Origin: Nitrospirota bacterium
GTDB taxonomy: Bacteria > Nitrospirota > UBA9217
Direction of reading: 5' to 3'
Assembly: GCA_963840455.1 (NCBI GenBank)
Contig: CAWIYV010000007.1
Coordinates: 482,838 to 546,837 of the forward strand
Length of the DNA: 64,000 nucleotides
This document shows, one piece after another, positions 44,509 through 54,344 of the stretch. The translations under genes were made by a program, and so were the position numbers. Below the pieces are notes generated by a model. It ran no database searches, was not told the origin of the DNA, and worked only from the letters and a program-made list of their open reading frames with translations. The number at the start of each line of letters is the position of its first letter. Within the stretch, counting starts at the first letter, position 1.

Positions 44509-45282
44509 TCACCTCGTCACTCCCCGCTTGGAGCTCTTCATGAACTTTACGAGGTGCATAGCTTCCCGCGAACCGCCGAACTCGCTCTCGACCCTCCGGA
44601 AGGATTCCTCCTGGGTGAGGCCTGAGCGGAAGATGATCTTGTACACCTTTTTCAGAGTGTTGATCGCATCCTCGCCGAAGCCGCGGCGCTTCAGACCGAC
44701 CAGGTTCAGTCCGTAGAGCTGGGCTCGCGCTCCCGATGCGCTCACATAAGGCGGGATGTCCATGGGCACGCCGGACATGCCTCCTACGATGGAGTAAGCA
44801 CCGATCCGAACGAACTGATGGACCGCCACGATGCCGCCCAGGATGGCATAGTCTTCGATGACGATATGGCCGCCCAGCGCCACGGAATTCGCCATGATGA
44901 TGTGGTTCCCCAGCTTGCTGTCATGAGCAACGTGGGAATAGGCCATCAGGAAGTTGCCGTTCCCGATCTCTGTTTTCCGGTCCTCTTTGGTCGTGGCCCG
45001 GTGGATGGTGGCACATTCGCGGATCACGTTGTCGTTGCCGATGATGAGATAGGTCTCTTCGTTCTTGTACCCGATGTCCTGGGGAGGCGTGCCGACGCTC
45101 GAGAAGGACAGGATCTGGTTCCGCTCGCCGATGGTGGTCCAGCCTTCGATGAGCACGTGCGAGGAGATCCGGGTGCCCTTCCCGATCGAGACATGCTCTC
45201 CGATCACCGTGTACGGGCCGATCTCTACGTCGTCGGCGATGCGGGCCCTTGGATGAATTATTGCCGTCGGATGGATGTTCAC
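44509..45282 (-). CDS. lpxA: Acyl-ACP:UDP-N-acetylglucosamine O-acyltransferase
   Basis: Left-handed beta-helix hexapeptide repeats ([32 protein letters not shown]...). I prefer the GTG at 45282, preceded by GAGGAG at 6 nt. The TTG at 45318 in the ORF track would overlap fabZ by 26 nt. Confidence 0.9.
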   Translation of the reverse strand: MNIHPTAIIHPRARIADDVEIGPYTVIGEHVSIGKGTRISSHVLIEGWTTIGERNQILSFSSVGTPPQDIGYKNEETYLIIGNDNVIRECATIHRATTKEDRKTEIGNGNFLMAYSHVAHDSKLGNHIIMANSVALGGHIVIEDYAILGGIVAVHQFVRIGAYSIVGGMSGVPMDIPPYVSASGARAQLYGLNLVGLKRRGFGEDAINTLKKVYKIIFRSGLTQEESFRRVESEFGGSREAMHLVKFMKSSKRGVTR

Positions 45283-45292
45283 GAATATCTCC

Positions 45293-45745
45293 TCACGGTG
45301 TCTGTTTCGCACGGTCAACGATCATCGCCATCATTTCCGCCTCGGTCGTAACAGTGCCGTCAACGATGGCCTGGCCCTTGAAGCTCATGCTGTTCGAACG
45401 CATGCGCAGGACCTCCATCTCGAACCGTATCTGGTCGCCGGGGACGACCGGCTTGCGGAATTTTACCTTGTCGATGGTCATGAAGAAAATGACCTTGTTT
45501 TTGACCTGGTCGGGCGGAACCGTTTTGAGCGCCATTACGCCACATACCTGCGCCATGGCCTCGAGGATCAGGACACCTGGCATGATCGGCATTCCGGGGA
45601 AATGTCCCTGAAAGAATGGTTCATTGATGGTGACATTCTTGATCCCGACGATCCGCTTTCCCATCTCCATCTCGACGATCTTGTCGACGAGAAGGAACGG
45701 ATACCGGTGCGGAAGCGTGTTCATGATTTCCTGGATATCGATCAT
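45293..45745 (-). CDS. fabZ: 3-hydroxyacyl-ACP dehydratase
   Basis: [15 protein letters not shown]...[26 protein letters not shown]. Confidence 0.95.
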   Translation of the reverse strand: MIDIQEIMNTLPHRYPFLLVDKIVEMEMGKRIVGIKNVTINEPFFQGHFPGMPIMPGVLILEAMAQVCGVMALKTVPPDQVKNKVIFFMTIDKVKFRKPVVPGDQIRFEMEVLRMRSNSMSFKGQAIVDGTVTTEAEMMAMIVDRAKQTP

Positions 45746-45776
45746 GCTGCATCTCCCTTGATAAAATAGGATTGTC

Positions 45777-46796
45777 TCAGGTTTTCTTTTCCAGTTCCTC
45801 GATACGGCGCAAGAGCTGGGTTACCAGCTTCTTAAGCTCCGGCAGCTTCGGGAACACGGTCTGCGCTTTGAGCCACTCGCGCAGCGGGATCGCGGGATAT
45901 CCTGCGATGACCTGTCCCGCCTCCGTGTTCCTGGTCACTCCCGCCCCTCCGGCGATCGTGACCCGGTCACCCACGGTCGTGTGGTCGGAAATCCCGGCCT
46001 GACCGCCGATGACCACGTACTTGCCGAGGGTGCTGCTTCCGGCGATGCCGATCTGTCCGGCCAGCAGGCAATGTTCTCCGATCGTGACGTTATGGGCAAC
46101 GTGGACCATGTTGTCCAGTTTCGTCCCCTGCTTGATGCGTGTCATGCCCAGCGCGGCCCGGTCAATGGCGCAATTCGCGCCGATCTCAACATCGTCCTCG
46201 ATAATGACGCCGCCGATCTGCGGGATCTTGTGATGACGGCCGCCTTCGGACACGAACCCGAACCCGTCGCTGCCGATCACCGTGCCGGAATGAATGATCA
46301 CACGGCTGCCGATGGTCACGCCTTCGCGGATGCTCACGTTGGGATAGATGACCGTGTCGTCACCGATACAGGACCCGGCCCCCACGAAAACGCCTGGATA
46401 GAGCGTGACCCTGCTGCCGATCTTCGCCCCGTCGGAGACCACGGCAAAGGCGTGGATGGTCGGTCCGGCGCCCAGGACCACGTCCTTGCCGATAACGGCG
46501 CGTTCGCTGATGCCTCCCGGAGCATACGGTCTCTCATGGAAAATCCGCAGCATCTGAGCGAAGGCGTACCGGGGATTCTTTACGGCGATCGACGGGATCG
46601 GAAGCTTCGGGGCGCCACGGGGAACGATCACCGCGGAGGCGCGGCACGCAACAAGGTCCTGAAGGCGTTTTTCATCAGTGACGAACGTGATATCGCCGTC
46701 CTGAGCCTCGCCGATGCCAGCCACTCCGCGGATATCGATATCCCCGCGGCCGGTAAGTTCGCCGGCGACCTTCTCTGCCAGTTCAGTGAGCCTCAT
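45777..46796 (-). CDS. lpxD: UDP-3-O-acylglucosamine N-acyltransferase
   Basis: N-terminal uridine-binding domain, then long hexapeptide-repeat region, then C-terminal helix. Gene order lpxD-fabZ-lpxA. Confidence 0.9.
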   Translation of the reverse strand: MRLTELAEKVAGELTGRGDIDIRGVAGIGEAQDGDITFVTDEKRLQDLVACRASAVIVPRGAPKLPIPSIAVKNPRYAFAQMLRIFHERPYAPGGISERAVIGKDVVLGAGPTIHAFAVVSDGAKIGSRVTLYPGVFVGAGSCIGDDTVIYPNVSIREGVTIGSRVIIHSGTVIGSDGFGFVSEGGRHHKIPQIGGVIIEDDVEIGANCAIDRAALGMTRIKQGTKLDNMVHVAHNVTIGEHCLLAGQIGIAGSSTLGKYVVIGGQAGISDHTTVGDRVTIAGGAGVTRNTEAGQVIAGYPAIPLREWLKAQTVFPKLPELKKLVTQLLRRIEELEKKT

Positions 46797-46811
46797 GCGA
46801 AGTTCCTGCCG

Positions 46812-47357
46812 TTATTTCTTCGTATCGGACTTCTTGTCCAGTTCGACTATGACCTTTTCCGTCAGGTCCATATCTTCATCACCGTAGAGGACCGAGGGGA
46901 CCTCGCCCTTGGACATGACGTTGATGGTCCGGTTCAGGACCAGGCCGATCTTGTCTTTTTTCGCCATGTCCTTGATGACAGCCGTCATTTCCTGGTTGAA
47001 CTCGGCGGAGAGCTCCTCGTTCTTCTTGGCAAGCTCGTTGTTGAATTCACTCCGCTTCTTTTCGAACTCACTGATCTTCCTGCCGATGGTGTCCTCTTTT
47101 TCCTTGCGCACCTCCGGCTTCAGGACGGCGGACTGTTTTCCGTAGTCATCGCGCAATTTCTGTATCTCATCAGCATCGAGGTCGAGGATCTTTTTCCTGC
47201 TGTCGAAATACTCCTTGAGGATCCCCTGGTATTTCTTGCCGAGCTTGGTCTTGTCAAAGACCGTTTGCGTGTCCACGAATGCGATCTTCCCGCCGGCGGC
47301 AAAAGCAGATGATGCAGCGATCAACGATACAACGATAAGCACCAGAACCTTTTTCAT
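46812..47357 (-). CDS. skp: OmpH/Skp-family periplasmic chaperone
   Basis: Signal peptide MKKVLVLIVVSLIAASSAFA, then a Lys/Glu-rich coiled region. Located between bamA and lpxD. Confidence 0.85.
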   Translation of the reverse strand: MKKVLVLIVVSLIAASSAFAAGGKIAFVDTQTVFDKTKLGKKYQGILKEYFDSRKKILDLDADEIQKLRDDYGKQSAVLKPEVRKEKEDTIGRKISEFEKKRSEFNNELAKKNEELSAEFNQEMTAVIKDMAKKDKIGLVLNRTINVMSKGEVPSVLYGDEDMDLTEKVIVELDKKSDTKK

Positions 47358-47411
47358 GACAACCTCCTTCGTAATAGACAGATTGAGATTTTTTCACAGC
47401 CAGCCCGGACA

Positions 47412-49751
47412 TCAGAATTGCGTGCCAATCGAGAATTCGAAGGCGCTTCGCTGATCCGAGGGCTGTTGATGGATGATATAGCCCCATTCGAATCGGAGCG
47501 GACCCATAGGCGACAGCCACCAGAATCCCCAGCCGTAAGTGTGCCGCAGCTGTCCTATGCTGTAAGGCTCCGAATCAGCAAACCCCTTGCCCATATCATA
47601 GAACAAGAGTCCCTTGAGCCGCGCCGCGGGCACGATGGGGAACGTAAACTCGAAGTTGAAGATCAGTTCCTTGTCGCCGCCCACCCGGACCAGTGTTCCA
47701 TCGGGGGCGACTTCCATGGGGCCCGCGGTCCCGTACCGGAACCCGCGGACCGAGCCTGCACCGCCCACAAAGAACTTCTCTCCGGTCGGTATCGGGAGGT
47801 CGCTGAGCGTATAAGCATAGCCCATCCGGCCGCGGGTCATGAAGACCGTGTCCCAGAAGAGCGGGAAGTACCAGGCCGAGTCAACAACGGACTTGATGAA
47901 ATTGGGATCGCCGCCAAGAGGTCCGCCGGCATACTGCACGAATGCGGTGTTCTTCGAGCCTGTTTTGGGATCAAGATAGAAGTCACGGGAGTCCCGGGTC
48001 AGGGTGCCCGTCAGCGAATTGGTCGCTACGACGCTCCCGTAGCTGTCAAGCTGTTTCTGCAGGGTGTACGAAGGCGATCTAGTGATGTTGTAGACATCGG
48101 ATTCGTCCATGCTGAAGCGAAGCGATGCGGACACATATTCCGAGTAGCTCTTGCCGACGCCGAGGCCGAACCCGTTGGTCTTGATAAAGTAGCCGTCGTA
48201 TTCCTGGTCCGTGTGATACAGGTCGACCCTGCCCCAGACCGGCCTGTCGAACAGGTAGGGTTCCATGAAGCTCACCTGGTACAGGCGCCGGACAGAGCCC
48301 CACTGGACCTTGAATTTGAGCAGCTGGCCCCGCCCCCCCAGGTTGCCCTGGGTGACCTCGGCCATGGCCATGAGCTTGTCCACGGAGCTGTATCCTCCGC
48401 CGACGCTCAGGTTGCCGGTCATTTTTTCCTTCACCTTCACGTTCAGGTCCATGACAGGCTCCTGCAGCCTGCGCTCGGGAACGATGTCGACGGCTTCGAA
48501 GAAGTTCAGGTTGTTGATCCGTTCATAGCTCCGTTTGAGCGCCTTCTTGCTGTACAGGTCCCCTTCGTCCAGCCGCATCTCCCGCCGGATCACCTTGTCG
48601 CGGCTTTTGTTGTTCCCCGTGATGTCGATCCTGCCGATGCGCACTTCGCCGCCCTCCTGGATCTCGATCGTGAGAGCGACGGTCCTTTTCTCCTCATCGA
48701 TGTTGAACAGCGGGACGACACTGGCAAAGGGGCGGGAGATGGCATCGTACCGGTCCATGATCCGGGCGACATCCTGCCGCAGGACCTCCCTGCTGAAGAT
48801 ATCGCCCTGCTTGAGCTTGATCTCCCTCAGCAGCTCATCACTGCTGATGATGATGTTGCCTTTCATCGTCACGGAGCCTATGCGGAACTGGTTGCCCTCC
48901 TGGACATGGATGCGCAGAGCGACCTCGTTCGTGGTCGTGTAGGTCTCGATCTGGCTTGCGCTGAGCATGTAGGTATGCTCCGTGAATGGACGCTCTTCAA
49001 TGATTGGGTCGTTCACCTGGACCTGGATGTATCCCCGGTTGTAGTAGAGGTTCTTTATGGATTCGACGTCTTCCTTGAGATCCTCCGATCGCAGCGTTCC
49101 GCTGTTCCCCAAAAAGGAGAAGATCCAGTGCTCCTGGTTCTTCATGACGTCCTTGATCTCGTCGGACGAGATGGCATGGTTGCCGGACAGGATGATTTCG
49201 CTTAAGGTGATGTTCTCGCCCTCTTCGATGTAATACACGATGTTCTTGTCGCCGCCCCGGAGCTCGACGATCACGGGCACGACAACGGCGTGATAGTATC
49301 CCTTGTCCTGATACTTGGTGCGTATCTTCTGGGCGTTGTCCAGGACCAGCTGCTGGTTGAACGCCGTCCGTGGCAGCAGCGTAACGATCTCCTTCAGCGT
49401 TTCCGCGGTAACTTCGGTGTTCCCTTCATAACTGATCTCCCGGATAAGCGGTTTTTCCTTGACCCAGATGATCACCTTGAGACCCTTTTCAAAGCCCTCG
49501 GTCTTCACCTGAACATCCTCGAAGTGGCCGAGCTGATAAAGGGTCCGGATGTCCTCTTTCACCTGCGCCGGGGAGAAAACCGATCCTTCACGGGTCTTGA
49601 TCTTTGCGAGGATCGTTGCCGTCTCGATCCGCCGGTTCCCCTGGACCTCGATCAGTGTGACAGTCACTTCTTCGGCAGGAGCAATGACGGGGACCGACGC
49701 AAGAAGCACCAGGAATGCAAGCAGCCAGGCAGCCCTATGCGGATTGAACAA
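47412..49751 (-). CDS. bamA: Outer membrane protein assembly factor BamA
   Basis: POTRA repeats followed by a C-terminal beta-barrel ending ...FEFSIGTQF. I prefer the TTG at 49751 (MFNPHRAAWLLAFLVLLASVPVIAPA-EE signal peptide, GGGAGGA 10 nt upstream). The ORF track TTG at 49823 would lie upstream of the predicted promoter's -10 element. Confidence 0.9.
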   Translation of the reverse strand: MFNPHRAAWLLAFLVLLASVPVIAPAEEVTVTLIEVQGNRRIETATILAKIKTREGSVFSPAQVKEDIRTLYQLGHFEDVQVKTEGFEKGLKVIIWVKEKPLIREISYEGNTEVTAETLKEIVTLLPRTAFNQQLVLDNAQKIRTKYQDKGYYHAVVVPVIVELRGGDKNIVYYIEEGENITLSEIILSGNHAISSDEIKDVMKNQEHWIFSFLGNSGTLRSEDLKEDVESIKNLYYNRGYIQVQVNDPIIEERPFTEHTYMLSASQIETYTTTNEVALRIHVQEGNQFRIGSVTMKGNIIISSDELLREIKLKQGDIFSREVLRQDVARIMDRYDAISRPFASVVPLFNIDEEKRTVALTIEIQEGGEVRIGRIDITGNNKSRDKVIRREMRLDEGDLYSKKALKRSYERINNLNFFEAVDIVPERRLQEPVMDLNVKVKEKMTGNLSVGGGYSSVDKLMAMAEVTQGNLGGRGQLLKFKVQWGSVRRLYQVSFMEPYLFDRPVWGRVDLYHTDQEYDGYFIKTNGFGLGVGKSYSEYVSASLRFSMDESDVYNITRSPSYTLQKQLDSYGSVVATNSLTGTLTRDSRDFYLDPKTGSKNTAFVQYAGGPLGGDPNFIKSVVDSAWYFPLFWDTVFMTRGRMGYAYTLSDLPIPTGEKFFVGGAGSVRGFRYGTAGPMEVAPDGTLVRVGGDKELIFNFEFTFPIVPAARLKGLLFYDMGKGFADSEPYSIGQLRHTYGWGFWWLSPMGPLRFEWGYIIHQQPSDQRSAFEFSIGTQF

Positions 49752-49791
49752 GATGATACGGTCCTCCCAGTTCCCTGAATAAAAACAAACC

Positions 49792-49820
49792 AATATAGCA
49801 TTAACTGGTGAAGCTGTAAA
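49792..49820 (-). promoter_or_regulatory. Sigma70-like promoter upstream of bamA: TTTACA-17 nt-TATATT
   Basis: Minus strand reads ttgTTTACAgcttcaccagttaatgcTATATTggt, starting 7 nt after the hemW stop. Confidence 0.5.
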
Positions 49821-49826
49821 CAAAAT

Positions 49827-50957
49827 TCATGGGAGGATGCTGGTTAGGGCCTCGTTGGAAAGCAGAAACCCCCGCATGGTAAGCGAGAGCCTGGTGTTCT
49901 CGATCTGGAAGAGTCCCGAGCCGCCAAGTTTCTCGATCTTCTTCCGGAGGTTGTTCGCCGCGTCCGGTCCGAACATCCGGTCATAATGGTCCAGGTCGAT
50001 GCCGGCTGTCCTGCGGAGCCCCAGGAACAGCGTCTCCGCTGCCGATTGGTCCCGGTTCAGCACTTCTCTGGTGTCGACCGCAGGAATGCCGCCCGTCGTG
50101 CGCGTGATGTACCCGTTGACATCTGCGATGGTCATCGAGCGCGTATTCCCGATGAAGGACCATGAACCAGGGCCCAGACCCAGGTACTCGCCGCGGTCCC
50201 AGTAATTGCAATTATGCCTGCATTCTCGGCCGGGGACGCAGAAGTTCGAGATCTCGTATTGACGCAATCCTGCTTCGCCAAGGGACCGTATCGCCGAGCA
50301 ATACATGCGCTCCACAATTTCATCATCGGGCAGCATGAACCTGCCTGCACGGGCTTCACGGCTCAACGGAGACCCTTCATCAAGGGACAGGCTATAAACG
50401 GAAAGATGGTCCGGTTCGAGGGAAAGTGCCGCTTCGATGGTTCTCTGCCATTGCTCTTCGGTCTGCTCCGGGACACCGTAGATCAGATCGATTCCAATGT
50501 TTTCGAACCCTGCTTCACGGGCAGCACGCACGGCGGCGAACGCTTTGCCGGCAGAATGGGTCCTGCCGAGCACTGCAAGGACCTGGTCGGAGAACGACTG
50601 AACCCCGATACTGAAACGGGTCACGCCGCGGTCCTTGAGCAGATCGAGCGTGCTTGCCGTGATCGTGCCGGGATTCGATTCGACGGTGATCTCGGCATCC
50701 CCTGACAGGGGGAGATGCTCTTCCATGAGATCGAAGAGACGGGAGAACTGGCTCAGGGAAAGCGTTGTGGGAGTGCCCCCGCCGATATAGATGCTGCTGA
50801 ACAGTCTGTCCTGAAGATTGCGGGAACAGCTCTTCATTTCGATATCGAGGGCAGATAGAAAACGGTCTGCCAACGCAGTGTCGTAGTGTGTTGAATAAAA
50901 ACCACAGTATGGGCATTTATTGACACAAAATGGAATATGAATATACGCAGATAACAT
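49827..50957 (-). CDS. hemW: Radical SAM heme chaperone HemW / oxygen-independent coproporphyrinogen oxidase-like
   Basis: AYIHIPFCVNKCPYCGFYS radical-SAM CxxxCxxC motif, IYIGGGTPT, and HemN_C-like tail. The ATG at 50957 is preferred over the TTG at 50996, but neither has a clear SD. Confidence 0.8.
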   Translation of the reverse strand: MLSAYIHIPFCVNKCPYCGFYSTHYDTALADRFLSALDIEMKSCSRNLQDRLFSSIYIGGGTPTTLSLSQFSRLFDLMEEHLPLSGDAEITVESNPGTITASTLDLLKDRGVTRFSIGVQSFSDQVLAVLGRTHSAGKAFAAVRAAREAGFENIGIDLIYGVPEQTEEQWQRTIEAALSLEPDHLSVYSLSLDEGSPLSREARAGRFMLPDDEIVERMYCSAIRSLGEAGLRQYEISNFCVPGRECRHNCNYWDRGEYLGLGPGSWSFIGNTRSMTIADVNGYITRTTGGIPAVDTREVLNRDQSAAETLFLGLRRTAGIDLDHYDRMFGPDAANNLRKKIEKLGGSGLFQIENTRLSLTMRGFLLSNEALTSILP

Positions 50958-51053
50958 ATTGTTTTTTAACAGCAAAATAAACTCATACGGCAGCAATTCT
51001 TGTTGCGCAGTTTCATATAAAGCAATAGGTGTGCCATTGGTATCCGTGCCAGG

Positions 51054-51512
51054 CTACTTCTGGGGCAAGGTGATGATCAGTGAAGACTCATCGCAGTTCG
51101 GGAACTTTACACAGTTGAGGCAGTCCGTCCAGATCTTGTGGGGGAGCTCTTTCTTGTCTATCGCTTCGAAGCCGAGCTTCCGAAAGAAGCCTTCCTGATA
51201 GGTGAGCACGAAGACCCGTGTCGCGCCGAGGTCGCCGGCCTCCCGGAGACATTCCTTGACGAGGCTGGAACCGATACCCTTTCCCGTCATCTCCTTCTGG
51301 ACTGCGAGCGAGCGGATCTCGGCAAGACCGTCCCAGCTGATGTGGAGCGCGCAGACCCCTCCCATGAGGCCTTCGGTCTCATAGACTGAGAAGTCTCGCA
51401 GGTCCTCATAGAGCTCATTCAGTGAGCGTGGCAGCATCTGTCCCTGGTCTGCGTACGCATTAACAAGGGCTTGGATGGACCTCACGTCGCTGATCCGTGC
51501 CTTTCGAATCAT
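51054..51512 (-). CDS. GNAT-family N-acetyltransferase (short ArgA-like amino-acid acetyltransferase type)
   Basis: MIRKARISDVRSIQALVN..., and acetyl-CoA motif VQKEMTGKGIGSSLV. Confidence 0.8.
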   Translation of the reverse strand: MIRKARISDVRSIQALVNAYADQGQMLPRSLNELYEDLRDFSVYETEGLMGGVCALHISWDGLAEIRSLAVQKEMTGKGIGSSLVKECLREAGDLGATRVFVLTYQEGFFRKLGFEAIDKKELPHKIWTDCLNCVKFPNCDESSLIITLPQK

Positions 51513-51518
51513 GCAGCA

Positions 51519-51547
51519 AGAGTACCTTTTCGGCCGGCCCTTGTCAA
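51519..51547 (-). promoter_or_regulatory. Candidate promoter TTGACA-17 nt-TACTCT ending 6 nt before the GNAT ATG (possible leaderless mRNA)
   Basis: Minus strand reads ctaTTGACAagggccggccgaaaaggTACTCTtgctgcATG. There is no SD at normal spacing. Confidence 0.35.
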
Positions 51548-51754
51548 TAGAGTTCCTCCCTGGGCATTCCTTCCTGATGATGGCTGTTCAAGGTCTTGAG
51601 ATGGCTCACCAGAGTGCATTTCTTGCTGACTGCATCCCTCCTGAAGCGTCATGCGGCGGCCCTCCTGCCGTCTCCACGCGACCAATTTCCCACAAAGGTT
51701 ATCAGGGAATCTCATATGACCATTGCATCAGATAAGAGGAAAATCAACCAGCTA

Positions 51755-51784
51755 TTGACTTTAAAAGGTTGAATGGAGTATATT
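51755..51784 (+). promoter_or_regulatory. Sigma70-like promoter upstream of clpC: TTGACT-18 nt-TATATT
   Basis: ctaTTGACTttaaaaggttgaatggagTATATTtta. The spacer and flanks carry AAAGGTTGA / AAAGGTCAA direct repeats and a TCAACC...GGTTGA inverted repeat. Confidence 0.5.
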
Positions 51785-51829
51785 TTAACCAAAGGTCAAC
51801 ACATTCTTTTTTTGAAGGCGGTTGCCCGT

Positions 51830-54271
51830 ATGATGTTTGAGAAGTTCACTGAACGTGGAAGAAAAGTCATCGTCTATGCCCGCGAGGAGGCAGAACGCCT
51901 GCAGAACGATTACCTCGGGACGGAGCACATTCTGCTCGGCACGCTCCGCGAAGAGGACGGCATTCCTGTCGCGGTCCTGAGGAAGATGGGCATCGACATC
52001 GATCAGATCCGTGTCGAAGTGGAGCGCAATCTTCCTTCAAGCGGCAATACCCTGACGTTCGGCGACATCCCTTTCACGCCTCGCGCGAAGAAGGTCCTCG
52101 AGTATGCTGTCGAGGAGGCCCGGTTACTCGGGCACAACTACATCGGGAGCGAACACCTGCTGCTTGGCCTGATCCGTGAGGAGGAAGGCATCGGCGGAAA
52201 GATCCTCAGAAGCTTCGGCGTGAACCTTCTCGGTTCCCGTCAGCTGGTCATCAACTATCTTCGCCGTTCCGCGACCCAGATGACGGCGAAGAAGAGCCCT
52301 ACCCCCGCCCTCGATGAGTTCAGCAGGGACCTCACGCTCCTCGCGAAGAGCGGCAAGCTGGACCCGGTGATCGGACGTGATAAGGAGATCGACCGCGTCC
52401 TGCAGATACTTTCCCGCCGCACCAAGAACAATCCGGTTATCATCGGCGAGGCGGGCATCGGGAAAACCGCCATTGTGGAAGGCCTCGCGCAGCGAATCGT
52501 GAGTTCCGACGTGCCGGAGAACGTATTGAACCGCCGCGTGGTCTCATTGGACCTCGGTGCGCTTATCGCAGGCACCAAATATCGGGGCCAGTTCGAGGAG
52601 CGCCTTAAGATCGTGATGAAAGAGATCGTGCAGGCCGACAATATCATTCTTTTCATCGATGAGCTGCATACGCTGGTCGGCGCCGGTGCTGCCGAAGGCT
52701 CTATCGATGCGTCAAGCATGCTGAAGCCGGCCCTTGCCCGCGGCGAGATCCAATGCATCGGCGCGACGACCCTCGACGAGTTCCGCAAGCACATTGAGAA
52801 GGACGGCGCCCTGAAGCGGCGCTTCCAGCCGATCTACGTTCAGCCGCCAAGCGTCGAGGAGACCATCAATATCATCAAGGGGCTGCGTCCGAAATATGAA
52901 GCGCACCACAAGGTGAAGATCATCGACGAGGCGATCGTTGCCGCTGCACAGCTCTCCGACCGGTACATTACCGACCGTTTCCTGCCCGACAAGGCCATCG
53001 ATGTCATCGACGAAGCAGGCGCCAAGGCCAAGCTCACCCGGAATACCTATCCCGTCGAGCTGAAGAACATCGAAAAAAAGCTGAAGAAGCTCGAACAGGA
53101 GAAGAACCTCTTCACCCGGATCAAGGACTATGTCCGCGTTGAATCGCTTCAGGAGGAGGAGGACAACCTGCGAGAGGCCCTTGACGGGATCCACAAGGAC
53201 TGGAAGGACTCACAGGAGAAGAACGTTCCGGTCATCGGTGAGGAGGAGATCGCCCTCATTGTGTCCAATAGCACAGGGATCCCCCTCGCGAAGCTTGAGG
53301 AAAAAGAGGTGTCGCGCCTGCTCAGGATGGAGGAGGAACTGCACAAGCGGGTCGTGGGACAGGACGAGGCCATTGTGGCCGTATCACGCGCGATCCGGCG
53401 TTCACGGGTCGGGCTCAAGGCACGGAGACAGCCCATCGGCTCCTTTATCTTCCTGGGGCCCACCGGTGTCGGCAAGACGGAGCTGGCACGTTCGCTGGCG
53501 ACCTTCCTCTTTGACAGCGAGGACGCCCTGATCCGTGTCGACATGTCGGAGTACATGGAAAAGTTCAGCTCCTCGCGTCTCGTCGGGTCCCCTCCTGGAT
53601 ACGTGGGATACGACGAAGGCGGCCAGCTCACGGAGAAGATCAGGAGGAGGCCGTATTCCGTCGTTCTCTTCGACGAGATCGAGAAGGCCCATCCCGATAT
53701 TTTCAATATGCTCCTGCAGGTCCTTGATGACGGGTACCTGACCGACAGCGTCGGCAGGAAGGTTGATTTCAAAAACACCGTCGTCATCATGACGTCCAAC
53801 CTGGGCGCACGGATGATCGACAAGGACACCACGCTCGGGTTCCGCCAGGACACTTCCAAGAGCCAGTACAGCAAGATGAAGGAGAATGTCATTTCCGAGC
53901 TGAAACGGTCATTCAATCCCGAGTTTCTCAACCGGATCGACGATATCGTCGTCTTCCATCCGCTGACGAACCCTCATCTCCTCCAGATCGTAGATATGCT
54001 GGTCAACGAGCTGAACATTCAGATGCTTCAGAGCCGCAATATCCATATCGAGGTCGCGCAGGAGGTCAAGGAATGGCTCATCCGGGAGAACTTCCAGCCG
54101 ACCTACGGCGCCCGGCCGATGAGGCGCGCGATCCAGAAGCATATCACCGACCCGCTCTCCGAGGAGATGCTCCGAGGCAAGTTCAAGGACGCCCAGAAGG
54201 TCGTGGTAACGATGAAAAATGATATGATCGAGTTCCAGGAGGTAGAATCAGACGTGCTTGCAAAGGTTTGA
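51830..54271 (+). CDS. clpC: ATP-dependent Clp protease ATP-binding subunit ClpC-type (class I AAA+)
   Basis: [24 protein letters not shown]. Two Clp_N repeats ([16 protein letters not shown]). Walker A motifs GEAGIGKT and GPTGVGKTE. The ATG at 51773 in the ORF track lies inside the predicted promoter and adds 19 non-homologous residues. Confidence 0.9.
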   Translation: MMFEKFTERGRKVIVYAREEAERLQNDYLGTEHILLGTLREEDGIPVAVLRKMGIDIDQIRVEVERNLPSSGNTLTFGDIPFTPRAKKVLEYAVEEARLLGHNYIGSEHLLLGLIREEEGIGGKILRSFGVNLLGSRQLVINYLRRSATQMTAKKSPTPALDEFSRDLTLLAKSGKLDPVIGRDKEIDRVLQILSRRTKNNPVIIGEAGIGKTAIVEGLAQRIVSSDVPENVLNRRVVSLDLGALIAGTKYRGQFEERLKIVMKEIVQADNIILFIDELHTLVGAGAAEGSIDASSMLKPALARGEIQCIGATTLDEFRKHIEKDGALKRRFQPIYVQPPSVEETINIIKGLRPKYEAHHKVKIIDEAIVAAAQLSDRYITDRFLPDKAIDVIDEAGAKAKLTRNTYPVELKNIEKKLKKLEQEKNLFTRIKDYVRVESLQEEEDNLREALDGIHKDWKDSQEKNVPVIGEEEIALIVSNSTGIPLAKLEEKEVSRLLRMEEELHKRVVGQDEAIVAVSRAIRRSRVGLKARRQPIGSFIFLGPTGVGKTELARSLATFLFDSEDALIRVDMSEYMEKFSSSRLVGSPPGYVGYDEGGQLTEKIRRRPYSVVLFDEIEKAHPDIFNMLLQVLDDGYLTDSVGRKVDFKNTVVIMTSNLGARMIDKDTTLGFRQDTSKSQYSKMKENVISELKRSFNPEFLNRIDDIVVFHPLTNPHLLQIVDMLVNELNIQMLQSRNIHIEVAQEVKEWLIRENFQPTYGARPMRRAIQKHITDPLSEEMLRGKFKDAQKVVVTMKNDMIEFQEVESDVLAKV

Positions 54272-54307
54272 TGCCCTGAATCGGCGGTACGTTGCTGAAT
54301 GCTCATG

Positions 54308-54344
54308 ACGCACGGGAGACAAGCTCTCACGTGCGTTTTTTATT
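54308..54344 (+). terminator. Rho-independent terminator of clpC
   Basis: ACGCACG-G-GAGA caagc TCTC-A-CGTGCGT followed by TTTTTaTT. A 7+4 bp stem starting 37 nt after the clpC stop. Confidence 0.8.

Noticed and set aside
47418-49205. 595-aa ORF on the + strand opposite bamA
   Set aside because: Shadow ORF of a GC-rich gene. Low-complexity, charged composition. bamA on the opposite strand is well supported.
51763-51800. CtsR operator upstream of clpC
   Set aside because: Only one good GGTCAA heptad is present. The second copy (GGTTGA) is 27 nt away instead of the 3-nt spacing of CtsR boxes. The host is a diderm, where CtsR is not expected. Kept only as an unexplained repeat.
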